A stretch of DNA of 42,644 bases, taken from IMG/VR virus record IMGVR_UViG_3300029586_000007, positions 1 to 42,644 of that record; one strand, given 5' to 3'. Under the pieces are notes generated by a model. The model ran no database searches and was not told the DNA's origin. It saw only the letters and a program-made list of their open reading frames with translations. Positions 40,260-42,644 of the stretch are shown one piece after another. Source of the stretch: a virus. The translations under genes were made by a program, and so were the position numbers. Every line of letters begins with the position of its first letter. Position 1 is the first letter of the stretch.

Positions 40260-41078
40260 TCACACCACACCTTCCAATCCAATCTGTACCGTTTCCGGCT
40301 CTTTCAGCATCTTCTCCACCGCATCGCGGTAAAACTCCTTGCAGATTTCAAAACCGTAGCTATCGCGCCCCAGCTCCCGTGCTGCTCTGAGTGTTGAACC
40401 GCTTCCGGCGCATGGGTCAATCACCACATCGCCCTGGTCTGTGAAAATCTCAATCAGCTTTTTCAGCAGCTTCACCGGCTTCTGTGTCGGGTGCAGCTTT
40501 GGTACTTCTCTACCGTCGCGTTCCCAGTCGATATGGTCAAACACCATCTTTCCGCTTCCGCGAACGACCTTGCCGTTCTCGTCATACCGCCTGCCGTTGT
40601 TGAACTTCGGCAGCTTGTCCCGGTACAGTACAACCGCAAACTCAGTTGCGCCTACAATCCGCATATTAGCTTTAAGCACCTGTGCCGAATACGGCTTCGT
40701 GAAAAACAGCGGATAGCTGTTCTTGAACCCGTACCGTCTGCCGTACTCCATTACCGTCTGCATCTGGTCGAACGCGCAGAATACGATCATCGCCGGTGCA
40801 GCGTTGCGTTCCTTTGGCTCTTTCTTCAAAAGCCGGTTGCAGAAGTGCATATATTCCGCGATCTTGAAATAACCATCCGTGCGGAAAAAGCTGCTTTTCG
40901 CCTTTGCACTTTCTCCGTTCTTGTTGTCGCCGCCGACATACCACATTGGATTGCTTCCGTATGCGTCCGCGCCAATGTTATACGGAATATCCGCAATCAC
41001 CAACTGTGCTTTCGGAATCCCGTAACGCTTGTAGTTCTGGAAATTATCGCAGAACAACTCACATTTAACCTGTTTCAT
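40260..41078 (-). CDS. N6-adenine/N4-cytosine DNA methyltransferase (beta class)
   Basis: ADIPYN (motif IV) precedes VIDPCAGSGSTLRAA (motif I). ATG 41078 with GGGAG upstream. Confidence 0.88.
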   Translation of the reverse strand: MKQVKCELFCDNFQNYKRYGIPKAQLVIADIPYNIGADAYGSNPMWYVGGDNKNGESAKAKSSFFRTDGYFKIAEYMHFCNRLLKKEPKERNAAPAMIVFCAFDQMQTVMEYGRRYGFKNSYPLFFTKPYSAQVLKANMRIVGATEFAVVLYRDKLPKFNNGRRYDENGKVVRGSGKMVFDHIDWERDGREVPKLHPTQKPVKLLKKLIEIFTDQGDVVIDPCAGSGSTLRAARELGRDSYGFEICKEFYRDAVEKMLKEPETVQIGLEGVV

Positions 41079-41442
41079 CTTCCGCTCCCAAAATCTCAAC
41101 CACAATCCTCGGATTCTTCGCATCCACATCAAAGTGATCTTCAAACCCTCGGATATTCTTCCAACCGTCGTTCGACAGATACCGTGCTTTCACCAACGCA
41201 TCCTGAATTACCTTCCTGCCGAACGCGCAGATATTGTCCTTGTCCCGTCGCCGGTCCTTTTCGTACCAGCGATAGATCATATACACCGGCTCCTCAAATT
41301 CCACGTTTCCGAGCTGTCTTGCCGCGTGCATCACAACGGTTTCGCACTTTTTCTTGAGCTGTGCGCCTAAGTACCGATTGCGCCGTTCCGCCTCGATCAG
41401 CTCATTCAATCCCGGCAATGGGCCTTTGATTACAAATTTCAT
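41065..41442 (-). CDS. rusA: RusA-family Holliday junction resolvase
   Basis: 125 aa. RRDKDNI...DALV.A..L.DD.W RusA-type acidic motifs. Confidence 0.88.
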   Translation of the reverse strand: MKFVIKGPLPGLNELIEAERRNRYLGAQLKKKCETVVMHAARQLGNVEFEEPVYMIYRWYEKDRRRDKDNICAFGRKVIQDALVKARYLSNDGWKNIRGFEDHFDVDAKNPRIVVEILGAEDETG

Positions 41443-42161
41443 CTTTCACCTCTGCTGGCTTTCACTCGTGCCGCCCACTCATTTTCCCAGTCACTGGCGG
41501 CGGGCGCACCGTTAAACATCGGCGCATCCGTTTTGGTTTTCTTCGTCTTGTCTCCGATTCTGTCCCAAATGATACCCCTCCACCTCTGTGACATACTCAG
41601 CCGGATAACATCGGCTACTGCCTGTTCGCCGTGCTGCTTTACGCGGTTCTCAATCATCGTGAGAAGGTTTCTGAGACTGGTTGGCTCGTATGCATCCCTG
41701 CGCTCCTTCTTGTATGTAATCCAATCTTGAACCGCCGAACATACCGGCTCCGAAAACCGTTCCGTCAGGTCGAGTTTCTTATCGGCTTCTTGGGCTTTGG
41801 GCTTCGGTTTAGGCTTCGGCGAACATTTTGCCGGTGTTGTCGCTTCGTCCGGCGTACTTTGGTACTCATCATACTTGCTGACGGTAATCACGGTGTAGTG
41901 CCGATTGGTTTCCACCGTGATTTCGCCGGTCTTTTTCAGTTTACCGAGCGCCGTCCGTACCTGCTGCACAGACAATCCACTTTCCGCCGAGAGCGCCGCA
42001 TAGCTTGTTGCGAACGCACCACGCGGTATTTCTATCCCCTGCCACTCACAAGCCCTGTAATTGGCCCTCAGCAGGACGTGAAGCCATAGCTTGCAGGTGG
42101 GGAGGTCTTTGTACCATCCCCACTCCGTAAGTGCACGGTGCAATTTAATGTGCCCGTTCAT
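41439..42161 (-). CDS. Replication initiator / replisome-organiser-like winged-helix protein
   Basis: N-terminal IKLHRALTEWGWYKD....LWLHVLLRAN...RG.F.TSY..L...SGLS..QVRTAL..L...GEI pattern. KPKPKPK linker. Lies next to ssb. Confidence 0.7.
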   Translation of the reverse strand: MNGHIKLHRALTEWGWYKDLPTCKLWLHVLLRANYRACEWQGIEIPRGAFATSYAALSAESGLSVQQVRTALGKLKKTGEITVETNRHYTVITVSKYDEYQSTPDEATTPAKCSPKPKPKPKAQEADKKLDLTERFSEPVCSAVQDWITYKKERRDAYEPTSLRNLLTMIENRVKQHGEQAVADVIRLSMSQRWRGIIWDRIGDKTKKTKTDAPMFNGAPAASDWENEWAARVKASRGER

Positions 42162-42177
42162 CGTCCCTCACCTTGTC

Positions 42178-42573
42178 TTAAAACGGCAGCTCGTCGAATT
42201 CTTCATCCGTTGAGATAAAATCGCTTTCTTCCTGCTTCTGTGGCTTTCCCTCGCTCTTGCCGCCGCAGAAGTCGATGCTTTCGCACTGCACTTCCCAAGA
42301 GCGGCGCTTATTGCCGTTCTTGTCCTGCCAGTCACGGCTTTCCAAACGGCCGGAAACAATGCACATATCGCCCTTGTGGAACCATGTGCTTGCGTGCTCT
42401 GCCAGCTTGCCCCACAGGACAACGGAACAGAAGTCGCTCTGATATTCTCCGTTGTTATCCTTTCTGCTGCGTTGTACCGCAATCGTACCGCTTGCTACAG
42501 CCGTATTAGACTGCGTGTGTCGCAATTCCAAATTATCTGTTAATCTTCCTTGTAAAACGATCTTGTTAAGCAC
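42178..42573 (-). CDS. ssb: Single-stranded DNA-binding protein
   Basis: OB-fold N-terminus MLNKIVLQGRLTDNLELR and acidic tail ending DELPF. Its first 52 nt recur at 1..52 because of the terminal overlap. Confidence 0.93.
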   Translation of the reverse strand: MLNKIVLQGRLTDNLELRHTQSNTAVASGTIAVQRSRKDNNGEYQSDFCSVVLWGKLAEHASTWFHKGDMCIVSGRLESRDWQDKNGNKRRSWEVQCESIDFCGGKSEGKPQKQEESDFISTDEEFDELPF

Positions 42574-42644
42574 TTGTATTCCTCCGTTTGTTGCATTTTT
42601 TCAATCCATTATGCAATTTCGCATGTTCTGATCGGGTCAGAACC
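42522..42644. repeat. Terminal duplication, copy 2 (identical to 1..123)
   Basis: It carries the ssb start and the 3' end of the HNH gene a second time. Confidence 0.97.

Larger units (their letters stand above)
1..42521. mobile_element. Complete temperate siphovirus-type phage genome (circular unit, attP form)
   Basis: Lysogeny, recombination/replication, packaging, head, tail and lysis modules are all present. The window ends overlap by 123 identical bp. A partial tRNA lies beside the integrase instead of host flanks. Confidence 0.9.

Noticed and set aside
41784-41820. GGCTTYGG direct repeats inside the replication-organiser gene as origin iterons.
   Set aside because: They are the nucleotide image of a KPKPKPK linker in the protein, and only 3-4 short copies exist. 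An internal origin cannot be excluded, but the sequence alone does not support it.
53-42509. Numerous plus-strand track ORFs antisense to the minus-strand operons (for example 53..475, 506..1012, 17419..18195, 27048..27839, 40491..41357).
   Set aside because: They overlap well-supported genes on the opposite strand, lack SD sequences and have skewed Cys/Arg/Ser-rich translations. They are treated as shadow ORFs.
1-42644. Searched for a reverse transcriptase (DGR or retron), Cas genes, transposases and classic two-gene toxin-antitoxin pairs.
   Set aside because: No ORF shows the corresponding catalytic motifs (YxDD, RuvC/HNH Cas blocks, DDE). The only HNH proteins are small phage-type nucleases.

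Overview
The window is one complete genome of a temperate siphovirus-type phage. Its morphogenesis genes are A118/SPP1-like, and Shine-Dalgarno usage suggests a Gram-positive, probably Clostridia-like host (inference). It is a circular contig: bases 1..123 are identical to 42522..42644, giving a 42521-bp unit. Next to the integrase sits a partial tRNA-Thr rather than host DNA, so this is the attP (excised) form. Almost all genes are on the minus strand and tightly packed, with many ATGA/TAATG start-stop overlaps. The plus strand carries a CI-like repressor, a zinc-ribbon membrane protein, the integrase, one small membrane protein (4380..4610) and a six-ORF island (31299..32887). Reading leftward and wrapping around the junction, a Cro-side promoter near 5000 drives an early operon: small ORFs, a Rad52-type annealase, NinB-like and HNH proteins, SSB, a replication organiser, RusA, a DNA methyltransferase, a radical-SAM protein, LemA and a sigma-like late regulator. 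A promoter near 31150 then drives an RHH protein, a PAPS-reductase-like protein, terS/terL, portal, capsid, tail, holin and amidase genes, and finally an accessory cassette ending at attP. Five things are not explained by ordinary phage genes. (1) A promoter-driven, ORF-free, hairpin-dense stretch of about 1.1 kb (32951..34056) holds five copies of a two-tier hairpin module and is the best candidate for a large structured ncRNA. (2) Twin hairpins (3706..3830) have unrelated perfect stems but conserved loops. (3) Twelve phased 11-bp iterons surround a small HTH gene. (4) A terminator-gated sigma-r4-like regulator precedes six low-complexity, Cys-rich ORFs (9242..12315). (5) An Arg-rich mini-ORF lies between two terminators just before terS. 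All functional calls rest on motifs read by eye. No searches were run.
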